A stretch of 29,978 bases of DNA from Gammaproteobacteria bacterium (GCA_028821035.1 JAPPHP010000410.1:1-29978); one strand, 5' to 3'. Shown: positions 1 to 9,220, counted from the stretch's first letter. Notes: generated from the letters alone by a model not told the origin. Numbers and translations: made by a program.

Positions 1-2
1 GC

Positions 3-1112
3 ACCGGGACGATCTGGATGGACGATGTCCAGTGTACGGGCAGCGAGTCGCGCCTCGCGGACTGCCCGTTCGGCGGCTGGGGCCTGCACAACTGCCGCCA
101 CTCGGAGGACGCCGGGGTGTCGTGCGGGGCGGCGTCGAGCCTGTCGCTCACCCACGCGACGGTGTCTGGGGTGGAACTCAGCCTTCGCTACGACCGGACC
201 CTGGACGGCGGCTCCGTACCGTCGCCGGGCGACTTCGTGGTCGGGGCGGGTCCGGCGGACGGCGCAGCGGCGATCTCCGTCGAGTCGCTCGCGGTGGTCA
301 ATGGCGAGGCGGTGCTGATGCTGTCGCGGCACGTCGAGGAGTCGGAGAACGTGGCTGTCAGCTACCTGCCCGCGCCGATGCACCCGCTGCAGGACGTCTC
401 GTACAACGCGGCGCCCGCCGCAACCGGCGAACCGGTCCGGTACGCACCTGCGGCGGCGGCTTCCCGCGAGGCCGTCGTCACAGGATTGCCGGCGGAGCCG
501 CCGCCGGCCGCTTTCCTGAGCGGAGAGAAAGTCGAGGTGCTGCGCCTGTCTTCGCGCGGCGTGGCCGACCTCTCCGCGCTCGCCGGGCTGGCGGACCTGG
601 AGGTGCTCGACCTGCGCGACAACGCCGTGGACGACCTCTCGCCCCTCGCCAGTCTCCCGCACCTGCGCGTGCTCGACCTGTCGCGCAATGCGGTCTCCGA
701 CCTGTCGCCACTGGCGGGGATGACCACCCTGCGCCGCCTCGACCTCTCCGACAACCGCGTGGCCGACCTCCGGCCGCTGTCGGAACTGCGCCGCCTCGAG
801 GTCCTGCTGCTCGACGGCAATCGGGTCTCGGACCTGGTGCCGCTGTGGGGCCTGACAGACCTCGCCCACCTCGGCCTATCGGACAACCGCATCGCGGACG
901 CGGCGCTGCTGCGGGACGCGCGGTCGCTGCGGCGGCTGGATCTCGCCGGTAACCGGTTGCGCGACGTCTCGGCGCTCGGCGGTCTGCCGAACCTCGTGTG
1001 GCTGCGCGTCTCCGGGAATCCTGTCGCGGACTTCCCGACCCTCGGACGACTGACCACCGCGCGCTGGCTGATGCTCGAGACGACGGGCGGCGAGGGGTCC
1101 CGCGAACCGTAG
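3..1112 (+). CDS. 5'-truncated large modular surface protein, C-terminal part: end of SRCR domain, SwmB-like repeat, 8 internalin-like LRRs (paralog of 2100-7079)
   Basis: Frame open from window start ([11 protein letters not shown]...[12 protein letters not shown] = SRCR C-terminal half, to about 125). Then [17 protein letters not shown]...VSYLPAP (SwmB-like) and 22-aa LxxLxLxxNxVxDLxPL repeats (about 531-1040). Colinear with 5973-7079. Confidence 0.9.
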   Translation, partial: TGTIWMDDVQCTGSESRLADCPFGGWGLHNCRHSEDAGVSCGAASSLSLTHATVSGVELSLRYDRTLDGGSVPSPGDFVVGAGPADGAAAISVESLAVVNGEAVLMLSRHVEESENVAVSYLPAPMHPLQDVSYNAAPAATGEPVRYAPAAAASREAVVTGLPAEPPPAAFLSGEKVEVLRLSSRGVADLSALAGLADLEVLDLRDNAVDDLSPLASLPHLRVLDLSRNAVSDLSPLAGMTTLRRLDLSDNRVADLRPLSELRRLEVLLLDGNRVSDLVPLWGLTDLAHLGLSDNRIADAALLRDARSLRRLDLAGNRLRDVSALGGLPNLVWLRVSGNPVADFPTLGRLTTARWLMLETTGGEGSREP

Positions 1113-1125
1113 GCCGCAGGGGCCC

Positions 1126-1479
1126 CTACACGAGTCGATCCAGGCCTGCGAGGACCGCCAGGAAACCCGCGATCACGCCGAGGAAGGCGAGGACCAACGC
1201 CACACCGACGCCCATTACGTTGAACTTGGTGTGCAGCGACTTGATCTCGCCCGTGAGTTCGCCCCTGAGTTCGGCGAACTGCTTGTCGACCTGCGCGAAC
1301 CGTTCGTCGACGTGGGCGAGAATGCGTTCGAACCCGAGATCGAGGTCCTTGCGCACGGCGACGTGGTCGCCAAGCTGTGTCCCGAACGCGCTGGCGACGC
1401 CCTCGGCCTGTTCGCGTTCCATCCCTGACCGCTGTAGCGCATCCGCCACCTGCAGCGTGTCCATCACCGGCTGTGCCAT
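1126..1479 (-). CDS. DUF1640/CCDC90-like small coiled-coil membrane-anchored protein, copy 1 (117 aa)
   Basis: MAQPVMDTLQVADAL..SGMEREQAEGVA head, VAVRKDL neck-like motif, coiled coil, C-terminal hydrophobic helix (VMGVGVALVLAFLGVIAGFLAVLA). Start taken at ATG 1479 because the paralog at 7448 starts at the same Met; the track's 346-aa extension is not conserved. Confidence 0.8.
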   Translation of the reverse strand: MAQPVMDTLQVADALQRSGMEREQAEGVASAFGTQLGDHVAVRKDLDLGFERILAHVDERFAQVDKQFAELRGELTGEIKSLHTKFNVMGVGVALVLAFLGVIAGFLAVLAGLDRLV

Positions 1480-1878
1480 GGGGTTCCGTGTCCTTTCGTC
1501 AGAATAGCCGTTTCCATGCCCCGGAGCATCCGCGCACCGGCATGCCCGCGGGGGCCATAGCGGTGGATTCTCCTGGCGGCGGGGCGCGGAGTCTGTAGGA
1601 CGTCTCGGCGAACTGTTGTGGGACATTCGCTCGACCGGCGGCGGCAACGCGTCCGGCGGACCGTAGGCAGCGGATCCCGGAAACCGCCCCCAATGTTGGG
1701 GACGCGGATCGGGCAGGTCGTTCCTATAGTGCGGAAACGTGCGCGAACCCGGCCGTTTTCCGGGCGCCGCACGTTGGCTGGCATCTGTCGGATGAGGGAG
1801 CGTCCATGCGTGGGGAACCGGAAACGGGGGCAGCGTTCGGCGAGGACCCGGCCGCGTGCCGACGAGGCCAGCCCTTTC

Positions 1879-2058
1879 AACCGGTTGCGCGACGTGTCGG
1901 CGCTCGGCGACCTGCCGCAGCTCATGTGACTGCGTGTCTCCGGGAGTCCCATCGTGGACTTCTCCCCGCTCGGAAGGCTGGCGGCCCTGCCCGGGCGACC
2001 AGGCGTGCCTGCCCGGGTCATCGAGACGACGGACGGCAAGGCGGCCGGCGGGCGGTAG
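1879..2058 (+). pseudogene. Degenerate remnant of the LRR C-terminus of the modular surface-protein family
   Basis: Translates [35 protein letters not shown]...[12 protein letters not shown] versus intact [29 protein letters not shown]...[12 protein letters not shown]. Trp TGG is TGA at 1927-1929, and no homologous upstream sequence is present. Confidence 0.85.
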
Positions 2059-2099
2059 GACGGCGGGAGGCCCCTTTGGTACATCCGCACCGGCACGGA

Positions 2100-5000
2100 A
2101 TGGGCATGCGGGGACCGCTCGCGGCACTGGTGCTCTTGACGGCGGCAATCCACGCAAGCGAGGCATCGCCCCAATCGGTCGATGGCGACGACGCCCCGCC
2201 CAACATCGTCGTCTTCCTCTCCGACGACATGGGTTGGGGACAGCCCGGATTCAATGGCGGCGACGAGGTGGAAACTCCCAACATCGACCGCATCGCCGAG
2301 GAAGGAACCAAGCTCATCCAGTTCTACGTGGCACCAGTATGCACGGCGACGCGGGGGGCGTTGCTGACCGGACGTTACTCCTGGAAGAACGGCACGGGTG
2401 TCCGTTTCAATGCCAGGACGAGCATGGGCATGCGCGTCGACGAGCGCACCATGGCCGAAGCCCTGCGCGACGCCGGCTACGCGACGTGGCTGGTCGGCAA
2501 GTGGCACCTCGGGCAATGGCAGCGGAAACACCTGCCGCTGCAGCGCGGCTTCGACCACCACTACGGCCTGTACGGGGCGGAGATCGACTCGTTCTCGCAT
2601 CATCGGGGCCGGGACCGAGACCTGGCCCTGGACTGGCATCGCAACGGACGCCCGGTGGTCGAGGCGGGCTACTCGACCCTCTTGCTGGCGGAGGAGGCAG
2701 TCCAGCTCATAGACCGTCACGGCCCGAGCGATCCCTTCTTCCTGTTTCTGGCATTCAACGCCGTCCACAACCCGAACGACGCCCCACAGGAGTACATCGA
2801 CCGCTACAGCCACCTCGACAACCCCAGGCAGCGCGCCCAGCTCGCCGTCATGGATGTCGCCATCGGCCAGGTCATGGACGCACTGGAAGCCAAGGGCGTG
2901 CTCGACGACACGCTGGTGATGTTCCTGAACGACAACGGCGGCACGAGCACGGCGGGCTGGAACGCGCCCTACCGCGGCAAGAAGTCGGAGTACCACGAGG
3001 GAGGCATCCGGGTTCCCGCCGTCCTGCGCTGGCCCGGCAGGATCGCGCCGGGGTCGGAGAGCGCCGCGTTGCTGCACGCCGTGGACCTGTTTCCTACCTT
3101 CGCCGGGCTCGCCGGAGCGGACGCCGGCGCCGGCCTGGCGCTTGACGGCGCCGATGCGTGGGCGGCGATCGCCGATGGCGCGGCAAGCCCGCGCGACGAG
3201 GTGGTGCATTCGCTCGACGTGATCCGCAAAGGCGACTGGAAGTTCATCGAGGAGGGGATCGACTACTACGGCTGGACCACGGACGCGCCCGAGCTGTACG
3301 ACATCGCGGCGGATCCTTACGAGCAGACCAACCTGGCTTCGAGCGAGACCGCCAAGGTGGCGGAACTGCGGGCGCGCCTGGCCGATCACGCACAATCCGC
3401 CCGAGACGCGGAGACGTCTGAGAACATTCCGGACTACCCGCCGGTCGTCTATGGGGAGGAGGAGAACACGGCGTTCGCCGACCAGGTGGAGACGGCCGTG
3501 CGCGAGCTCCGGGCTGGCAATCCGGCGCCGTCGCTGCTTCGCCTTGAAGTCACGGGCGCGAGCGTCAAGCTGGTCCACGACGAGACGCTCGACCCCGATT
3601 CAACGCCGCCGACGAGCGCTTTCGCGGTGATGTCGATGCCGGAGTACCGATCCATTCAAGTCGCGAGCGTGGCGGTGAGCGGCAGCGACGTGACGCTGAC
3701 GCTGGCCGAGACGCCAACCGGCCAGACGTTGGGTCTCACCTACGAGGTTCCGGACACCGGCGCGATCCGCGACGGGGACGAACTCGAGGCGGGCGGAAGG
3801 ACCTGGATTGCGGCAACGCTGCTATCGACGGACGCGTCGCTTTCGGCACTGGCTTTGACGGACGGCGATGGCGATGCCGTCTCGCTCAACGAGACCTTCG
3901 CGCCGCTGACGACGTCGTACACGGCGAGCGTTGGGTACGACGTGACTGGACTGACGCTGTCCCCGACCACCGGCGACAGCAACGCCACGGTCACCTACCT
4001 GGCCGCCGACGGGACCACGCTCGCAGATGACGACGCCGACACCACGGCCCTGGACACGACGCTGGCCGTGGGAGCGAACGCGATCCAGGTGAAGGTGACG
4101 GCGGAGGACGGGGTCACTACGCAGACGTACAGCGTAACCGTGCAGCGTGCCGCCGCCTGGGTCTGGTCCACGACCATGACCGTGGGTGGGGACTCTTCCG
4201 GCATGGGATTCTCGAGCCTGCCCAACCCCGACGTGGGCCGGCTTGCGGACGACACGTTCGAGCACGCCGGCCTCACGCGGCGCGTGCAGATCGTCGCTGC
4301 CTCTTCGGCCGGCGTGACGTTTCGGACCCGCAACGGCGGAGACACGTTCGGCGGCCTGGTACTCGAGTGGGCGGGCGAGGTCCTGCCGCTCGACGACGCC
4401 ACCCGCAACTCCAACACCTTCACATGGAACCAAGCGTGGCTGGACACCAACGCGTCCTCCCTCAGCGCGGCCAGCTACGAGACGACGTTGCCGACCGGCG
4501 GATCGGCGACGGTGTGCCTGCGGGTGAGGTCCGCGGCCTGCCCGCAAACGCCGACGTTCGAGGACGGTGCGAGTGCGTCGCGCGGGGTACCGGAAAACGC
4601 CCCGGCGGGCACGGCAGTCGGCGCGGCCGTTGCTGCGACGGGTGCCGGCGGCGAAAGCCTCGCGTACTCGCTTGCGGGCGCGAACGCGGCGGAGTTTGCG
4701 ATCAACGCGTCGACCGGTCAGTTGACGACCTCGGCGGTGCTGGATTACGAGGCGGGGTCCAGCCGGGCGGTCACGGTGAGCGCGGCCAATGCCGACGGCG
4801 GCGCCACGTCGATCCCGGTGACGGTCGTCGTGACGAATGTCGACGAGCCGCCGGATGCTCCGCCAGCGCCAACGGTCTCGGGCGCCTCGAGTACGTCTTT
4901 GTCGGTGTCCTGGAGCGCGCCGGCGAACGCCGGGCGCCCGGCGGTGACCGACTACGACGTTCGCTACGGCACCGGGGGCGGCGCGTTCGTGGACTGGGCG

Positions 5001-7079
5001 CACCAGGGTGCGACCACCTCGGCGACCATCACGGGGCTGTCGGCGGACACGGTTTACCAGGTGCAGGTGCTGGCGAGGAACGCGGAAGGCGCGAGCGGGT
5101 GGTCGGCCACGGGCGAGGGGCGCACGAAGGCGGCGGACGCGATGCTTACCGCTCGGTTCGAGAACGTTCCCGCTATGCATGACGGGTCGAGCGCGTTCAC
5201 GCTGGAGCTTGCGTTCTCCGAGGCGGTGTTCGACGGCACCGAGTCGTTCGACAAGAACCAGGCGATCGGGGACGCCCTCCAGGTGACCGGCGGCACGGTC
5301 AAGGGCAGACGCCGGACCGACCCCGGCGCCTTCGACCGGTGGAGACTGAGGATCGGGCCTTCCGGCCGCGGCGACGTGACGGTCAGGCTCCCGGCGACGA
5401 CCGGCGGCTGCGACGTGGTGGGTGCGATCTGCACGCCGGACGGCCTTCCGTTGTCGGCCCCGGCTGCGGCGACGATCCAGGGTCCACCGGCGGAGGCGCC
5501 AGACGCGCCGTCGGCGCCGGCGCTGACGGCCGGAACGACGTGGCTCGAAGCGTCATGGACGGCGCCGTCCGACAACGGCGCGGCGATCACGGACTACGAC
5601 ATCGGGTACCGCACGACGGGCGGGAACTGGACGGACGCCTCACACGCCGGCACGGCGACCACGAAGCGCATCGAGGGCCTTACGGTCGACACGGACTACG
5701 AGGTGCGGGTGCGGGCGACGAACGCGGAGGGCAGCGGCGACTGGTCTCCGTTTGCATCCGGGCGTACGGACGCGGCGGACAGTGCCAGCGAGGGCGACGT
5801 GCGCCTGGTCAACGGCACTACGGCCCAGGAAGGCCGCGTCGAGATCTACCACAACAGTGAGTGGGGCACGGTGTGCGACGACCGGTTCGCCTCGGACGAG
5901 GCGGCGGTGGTGTGCCGGCAGCTCGGCTACACGGGCGGCGAGGCGCACCGGCAGGCGGCGTTCGGCGAGGGGACGGGAACGATCTGGCTGGACGACGTGC
6001 AGTGCACCGGTAGCGAGTCGCGCCTGGCGGACTGTTCCTCCGTGGGCTGGGGCGTACACAATTGCCGGCACTCGGAGGACGTCGGGGTGTCGTGCGGGGC
6101 GGCGGCGGGCATATCGCTCGCGAGCGCAACCGTGTCGGGGTCGGCGCTGACGCTGCGCTACGACCGGACCCTGGACGGCGGCTCGGTGCCGTCGCCGGGC
6201 GACTTCGTGGTGGCGAAGGGCTCGTCGGCCCCTGCTGTGGCGACTCTCGTCGAGTCGGTCGCCGTGGTCGACGGCGCTGCGGTGCTGACGCTGGCGCGAC
6301 CCGTCGAGCCGTCGGAGAACGTGTCCGTCAGCTACCTGCCCGCGCCAATGCACCCGTTGCAGGACGCCTCGTACAACCCGGCGCCCGCGCTGACCGGCCA
6401 TCCGGTCCGGCACGCACCCGCGACGGCGGCTTCCCACGAGGTCATCAAAGGGTTGCTGGCGGAGCCGCCGCCCGCCGGCTTCGAGAGCGGAGAGAAAGTC
6501 GAGGTACTAAGCCTGTCGTCGCGCGCCCTGGCCGGCCTGTCCCCGCTGGCGGCGCTGGTGGACCTGGAGGTCCTCGACCTGCGCGACAACGCCGTGGACG
6601 ACCTCTCGCCTCTCGCCAGTCTCCCGCACCTGCGCGTACTGGACCTGTCCGGCAACGCGGTCTCAGACCTGTCGCCACTGGCGAGCCTGTCGGAACTGCG
6701 CCGCCTCGACCTGTCGGACAACCGCGTGGCCGACCTCCGGCCGCTGTCGGAACTGCGCCGCCTCGAGGTGCTGCTGCTCCACGGCAATCGGGTCTCGGAC
6801 CTGGTGCCGCTATGGGGTCTGCCGGACCTCGCCCACCTCGGCCTGCGAGACAACCGCATCGCGGACGCGGCGCTGCTGCGGGACGTGCGGTCGCTGCAGC
6901 GGCTGGATCTCGCCGGCAACCGGTTGCGCGACGTCTCGGCGCTCGGCGACCTGCCGCAGCTCGTGTGGCTGCGTGTCTCCGGGAATCCTGTCGCGGACTT
7001 CTCGGCCCCCGGACGGCGGACGGCCGCGCGCTGGCTGATGCTCGAGACGACGGACGGCGAGGGGTCCCGCGAACCGTAG
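2100..7079 (+). CDS. Secreted multidomain arylsulfatase/adhesin (1659 aa): signal peptide, sulfatase, SwmB-like, cadherin-like beta-sandwich, unknown domain, cadherin, FN3, unknown domain, FN3, SRCR, SwmB-like, LRR
   Basis: Start [22 protein letters not shown] (Sec-like; ATG 2100 or 2106). Sulfatase motifs [48 protein letters not shown] (about 2196-3400). DASLSALAL...SYTASV (about 3830-4150). PTFEDG..R.VPEN...G..V (cadherin, about 4550-4850). Two P.AP..P...L.VSW.AP..G..TDYDV.Y FN3 units (about 4850-5130, 5490-5770). SRCR 5790-6095, LRRs about 6498-7005. Confidence 0.92.
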   Translation: MGMRGPLAALVLLTAAIHASEASPQSVDGDDAPPNIVVFLSDDMGWGQPGFNGGDEVETPNIDRIAEEGTKLIQFYVAPVCTATRGALLTGRYSWKNGTGVRFNARTSMGMRVDERTMAEALRDAGYATWLVGKWHLGQWQRKHLPLQRGFDHHYGLYGAEIDSFSHHRGRDRDLALDWHRNGRPVVEAGYSTLLLAEEAVQLIDRHGPSDPFFLFLAFNAVHNPNDAPQEYIDRYSHLDNPRQRAQLAVMDVAIGQVMDALEAKGVLDDTLVMFLNDNGGTSTAGWNAPYRGKKSEYHEGGIRVPAVLRWPGRIAPGSESAALLHAVDLFPTFAGLAGADAGAGLALDGADAWAAIADGAASPRDEVVHSLDVIRKGDWKFIEEGIDYYGWTTDAPELYDIAADPYEQTNLASSETAKVAELRARLADHAQSARDAETSENIPDYPPVVYGEEENTAFADQVETAVRELRAGNPAPSLLRLEVTGASVKLVHDETLDPDSTPPTSAFAVMSMPEYRSIQVASVAVSGSDVTLTLAETPTGQTLGLTYEVPDTGAIRDGDELEAGGRTWIAATLLSTDASLSALALTDGDGDAVSLNETFAPLTTSYTASVGYDVTGLTLSPTTGDSNATVTYLAADGTTLADDDADTTALDTTLAVGANAIQVKVTAEDGVTTQTYSVTVQRAAAWVWSTTMTVGGDSSGMGFSSLPNPDVGRLADDTFEHAGLTRRVQIVAASSAGVTFRTRNGGDTFGGLVLEWAGEVLPLDDATRNSNTFTWNQAWLDTNASSLSAASYETTLPTGGSATVCLRVRSAACPQTPTFEDGASASRGVPENAPAGTAVGAAVAATGAGGESLAYSLAGANAAEFAINASTGQLTTSAVLDYEAGSSRAVTVSAANADGGATSIPVTVVVTNVDEPPDAPPAPTVSGASSTSLSVSWSAPANAGRPAVTDYDVRYGTGGGAFVDWAHQGATTSATITGLSADTVYQVQVLARNAEGASGWSATGEGRTKAADAMLTARFENVPAMHDGSSAFTLELAFSEAVFDGTESFDKNQAIGDALQVTGGTVKGRRRTDPGAFDRWRLRIGPSGRGDVTVRLPATTGGCDVVGAICTPDGLPLSAPAAATIQGPPAEAPDAPSAPALTAGTTWLEASWTAPSDNGAAITDYDIGYRTTGGNWTDASHAGTATTKRIEGLTVDTDYEVRVRATNAEGSGDWSPFASGRTDAADSASEGDVRLVNGTTAQEGRVEIYHNSEWGTVCDDRFASDEAAVVCRQLGYTGGEAHRQAAFGEGTGTIWLDDVQCTGSESRLADCSSVGWGVHNCRHSEDVGVSCGAAAGISLASATVSGSALTLRYDRTLDGGSVPSPGDFVVAKGSSAPAVATLVESVAVVDGAAVLTLARPVEPSENVSVSYLPAPMHPLQDASYNPAPALTGHPVRHAPATAASHEVIKGLLAEPPPAGFESGEKVEVLSLSSRALAGLSPLAALVDLEVLDLRDNAVDDLSPLASLPHLRVLDLSGNAVSDLSPLASLSELRRLDLSDNRVADLRPLSELRRLEVLLLHGNRVSDLVPLWGLPDLAHLGLRDNRIADAALLRDVRSLQRLDLAGNRLRDVSALGDLPQLVWLRVSGNPVADFSAPGRRTAARWLMLETTDGEGSREP

Positions 7080-7091
7080 GTCGCAGGGCTC

Positions 7092-7448
7092 CTACACGAG
7101 CCGGTCCAGGCCTGCGAGGACGGCCAGAAAACCCGCGATCACGCCCAGGAAAGCGAGGGCCAACGTCACCCCGACGCCCAGTACGTTGAACTTGGTGTGC
7201 AGCGACTTGATCTCGCCCCTGAACTCGGCGAACTGCTTGTCGACTTGCGCGAACTGCTTGTCGACCTGCGCGAACCGTTCGTCGACGTGGGCAAGAATGC
7301 GTTCGAATCCGAGATCGAGGTCCTTACGAACGGCGACGTGGTCGCCAAGCTGTGTCCCGAGCATGCTGGCGACGCCCTCGGCCTGTTCGCGTTCCATCCC
7401 TGACAGCGCATCCGCCACCTGCAGCGTGTCCATCACCGGCTGTGCCAT
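7092..7448 (-). CDS. DUF1640/CCDC90-like small coiled-coil membrane-anchored protein, copy 2 (118 aa)
   Basis: Paralog of 1126-1479. Lacks QR in the head, has an extra heptad (FAQVDKQ twice) and lacks one 4-residue unit near ELRGELTGE. Confidence 0.8.
   Translation of the reverse strand: MAQPVMDTLQVADALSGMEREQAEGVASMLGTQLGDHVAVRKDLDLGFERILAHVDERFAQVDKQFAQVDKQFAEFRGEIKSLHTKFNVLGVGVTLALAFLGVIAGFLAVLAGLDRLV
7228..7290. repeat. 21-bp tandem repeat (about 3 units) encoding coiled-coil heptads
   Basis: gcgaactgcttgtcgacttgc / gcgaactgcttgtcgacctgc / gcgaaccgttcgtcgacgtgg. Copy 1 has one fewer unit. Confidence 0.85.
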
Positions 7449-7779
7449 GGGGTTCCGAGTCCTTTCGTCAGAATAGCCGTTTCCATGCCCCGGAGCATCC
7501 GCGCACCGGCATGCCCGCGGGGGCCACAGCGGTGGATTCTCCTGGCGGCGGGGCGCGGAGTCTGCAGGACGCTTCGCCCAACTACTGTGGGATGTTCGCT
7601 CGACCGAGGGCGATCCTGGGCGGGCACGGTCAAAGACGAGAAGTGCCTGGCGGCAGCGACGCGGCCGGCGGACATCGCCGCGGCGTGACAGAGTGGCTCA
7701 ACCCGCAACGATCGACGAGCCGTTCCTGCACCACGACCGGGGACGCAACCGAGAAGACTTGCAGAAGGGTGAAACCGTC

Positions 7780-8106
7780 CTACGGATCCGGCGGCGGGCA
7801 GCCGGGCTCCGCCCGGAGGATCTCAAGCCGCTCCACCGACTCGCGCAACTGCCGGGGTACGCCATCGTACGCACTTCGCCCCACCAACGCCCGAGCCACC
7901 CAGCACTGGTGCCGGGACATCGCGATCGCATCCTGGCGACAACCGGTCGCATGGCGGTAGGCGGTCTCGAGCGTTTCGCATCTGACCGCCGCCCCGTCCA
8001 GCGCCGCGTAGAGTTCCGCAACGGCCGCCGCAAGCAGACGCTGCTCGGTTGCCGGATCCCCCAACGCCAGGGGCGCCAGCAATGCGGCAAACGCGAGCTT
8101 GTGCAT
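7780..8106 (-). CDS. Hypothetical small secreted protein (108 aa, 4 Cys)
   Basis: From internal ATG: MHKLAFAALLAPLALG-DPATEQ (signal-peptide-like), purine-rich GAGACAGG upstream, helical body. No family recognised. Confidence 0.4.
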   Translation of the reverse strand: MHKLAFAALLAPLALGDPATEQRLLAAAVAELYAALDGAAVRCETLETAYRHATGCRQDAIAMSRHQCWVARALVGRSAYDGVPRQLRESVERLEILRAEPGCPPPDP

Positions 8107-8278
8107 GACCGCGGCGACCTGTCTCACATGCGGCCCCAGACGCTGCCGCCGTGGACGCCGAGGGCTTCGTCGACGACGCACGGCCAGGCGGATCGCCATT
8201 GCCGGCTCACCCATGCCGGGGAGCATAGGCGCGGTCGACGCCGCGCGCTTCCCCAACACTGGGGATGAATCCGTCGCG

Positions 8279-9220
8279 TCAATCCGACAGCTGCGAACCC
8301 CCTGCAGCGTAGACTGCGGCAGCGTCCCGATATGGGCCGCTGTCGAGCAACCGGGACTGTTCGATGCAGGTGAAGGCCAGCTTCGCGTCGTGCTCGTCGT
8401 CGACGCTCGCTGGCGCCGGCCGGGCGGCGCGATCGAAACGGGGCGCGCCGATCGTCGCGTACGCCGCCAGGAACCCAGCGCTCAACAGGCCGTCGGAGTC
8501 CAGTCCGATCGCGTCGGCGCATACCCCGAGGGCATGGGTTCCCGTCACCACGTGGAGGGCGAAGAAGTCGTGCGTGTCGTTGAACAGCGCGAGACCAACC
8601 TCGGCGACGCGACGCCGATGGTCGGGGAGCACCACGACCCGTCCCTCCAGCGCGCCCGAGGCGACCGTCGCGTTGTAGCGTTGCTCGAACGGTTCGGCGA
8701 GTGCGGGCCCCGGCGGCGGCAGCGACAGATCTTCGCCCGGCGACGCCGTGTTGGCCAGCACCTCCAGCGCCGGGTCGGGACCCGCGCTCGCGAGGTACGC
8801 GAGTCCGGCGGCGACCTCGGCACCGACCTCGAACCGGATCCCGTATGCCAGGCGAATGATCGGGTGGAAGGCGAAGCGGACCCAGCCGCTGGCGAGCCTC
8901 GGCAACCAGGTCGTGAGGGTCCTCCGCATTCCAAGCCGTTCGAGTTCTCCGTCGAAGAACGCCAACAGGGACCCGTACGCGTCGATGTGTCCCACCGCGT
9001 CCGCGAACTCCACCGGTGGACGCCGGGCGAGGCGCGCGGGCGGGTCCAGCCGACCCCGGTAACGCGCCGCGTACCGCTCGAGGTCAGACCGTCGCACCCC
9101 GACTGCCCACATGGCCAGGAGAGCCATGGGCAAGTGGTCGGAGAGATGGCCCTGGTAGTGCGGACCATGGGTGTCGCGGTGGATGCGCAGGGGCTCCACC
9201 AGCCAGTCGGGCACGAACAC
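8279..9220 (-). CDS. Questin oxidase family protein (DUF4243-like)
   Basis: Motifs HLSDHLPMALLAM, FHPIIRLAYG, AGLAY, DFFALHVVTGTHAL. Confidence 0.75.
   Translation of the reverse strand: MFVPDWLVEPLRIHRDTHGPHYQGHLSDHLPMALLAMWAVGVRRSDLERYAARYRGRLDPPARLARRPPVEFADAVGHIDAYGSLLAFFDGELERLGMRRTLTTWLPRLASGWVRFAFHPIIRLAYGIRFEVGAEVAAGLAYLASAGPDPALEVLANTASPGEDLSLPPPGPALAEPFEQRYNATVASGALEGRVVVLPDHRRRVAEVGLALFNDTHDFFALHVVTGTHALGVCADAIGLDSDGLLSAGFLAAYATIGAPRFDRAARPAPASVDDEHDAKLAFTCIEQSRLLDSGPYRDAAAVYAAGGSQLSD

Larger units (their letters stand above)
1..1636. repeat. Copy 1 of tandem direct repeat (partner about 5971-7606)
   Basis: gatctggatg (11) aligns with gatctggctg (5981), stop 1112 with 7079, reverse ATG 1479 with 7448, and non-coding similarity continues to ttcgctcgaccg (about 1636 / 7606). 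Offset 5967-5970 bp. Left boundary lies outside the window. Confidence 0.95.
5971..7606. repeat. Copy 2 of tandem direct repeat (partner 1-1636)
   Basis: See copy 1. Near-identical nucleotide blocks across the LRR region, the DUF1640 gene and its upstream non-coding region. Confidence 0.95.

Noticed and set aside
1126-2166. 346-aa version of the DUF1640 ORF and the 1806 start of the sulfatase ORF
   Set aside because: The extensions are R/P-rich, overlap each other and the LRR remnant, and are absent from the paralog. Better starts are at 1479 and 2100.
1464-3578. 704-aa minus-strand ORF and many similar long antisense ORFs (e.g. 362-1057, 8099-9949, 22394-23626, 27931-29442)
   Set aside because: These are GC-rich shadow frames opposite well-supported genes, with no family motifs.
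6687-6766. 23-nt exact repeat ctgtcggaactgcgccgcctcga at 57-bp spacing in copy 2 LRRs
   Set aside because: Explained by internal LRR repetitiveness or local conversion. Two units only, with no spacer structure, so not CRISPR.
8210-8235. ccatgccggggagcat resembles ccatgccccggagcat in the conserved non-coding block
   Set aside because: Short GC-rich match at a different distance from any start codon; chance cannot be excluded.
7693-8268. Plus-strand ORF beginning MAQPATID, resembling the DUF1640 start MAQPVMD
   Set aside because: Similarity stops after four residues and the rest reads as the antisense mirror of 7780-8106.
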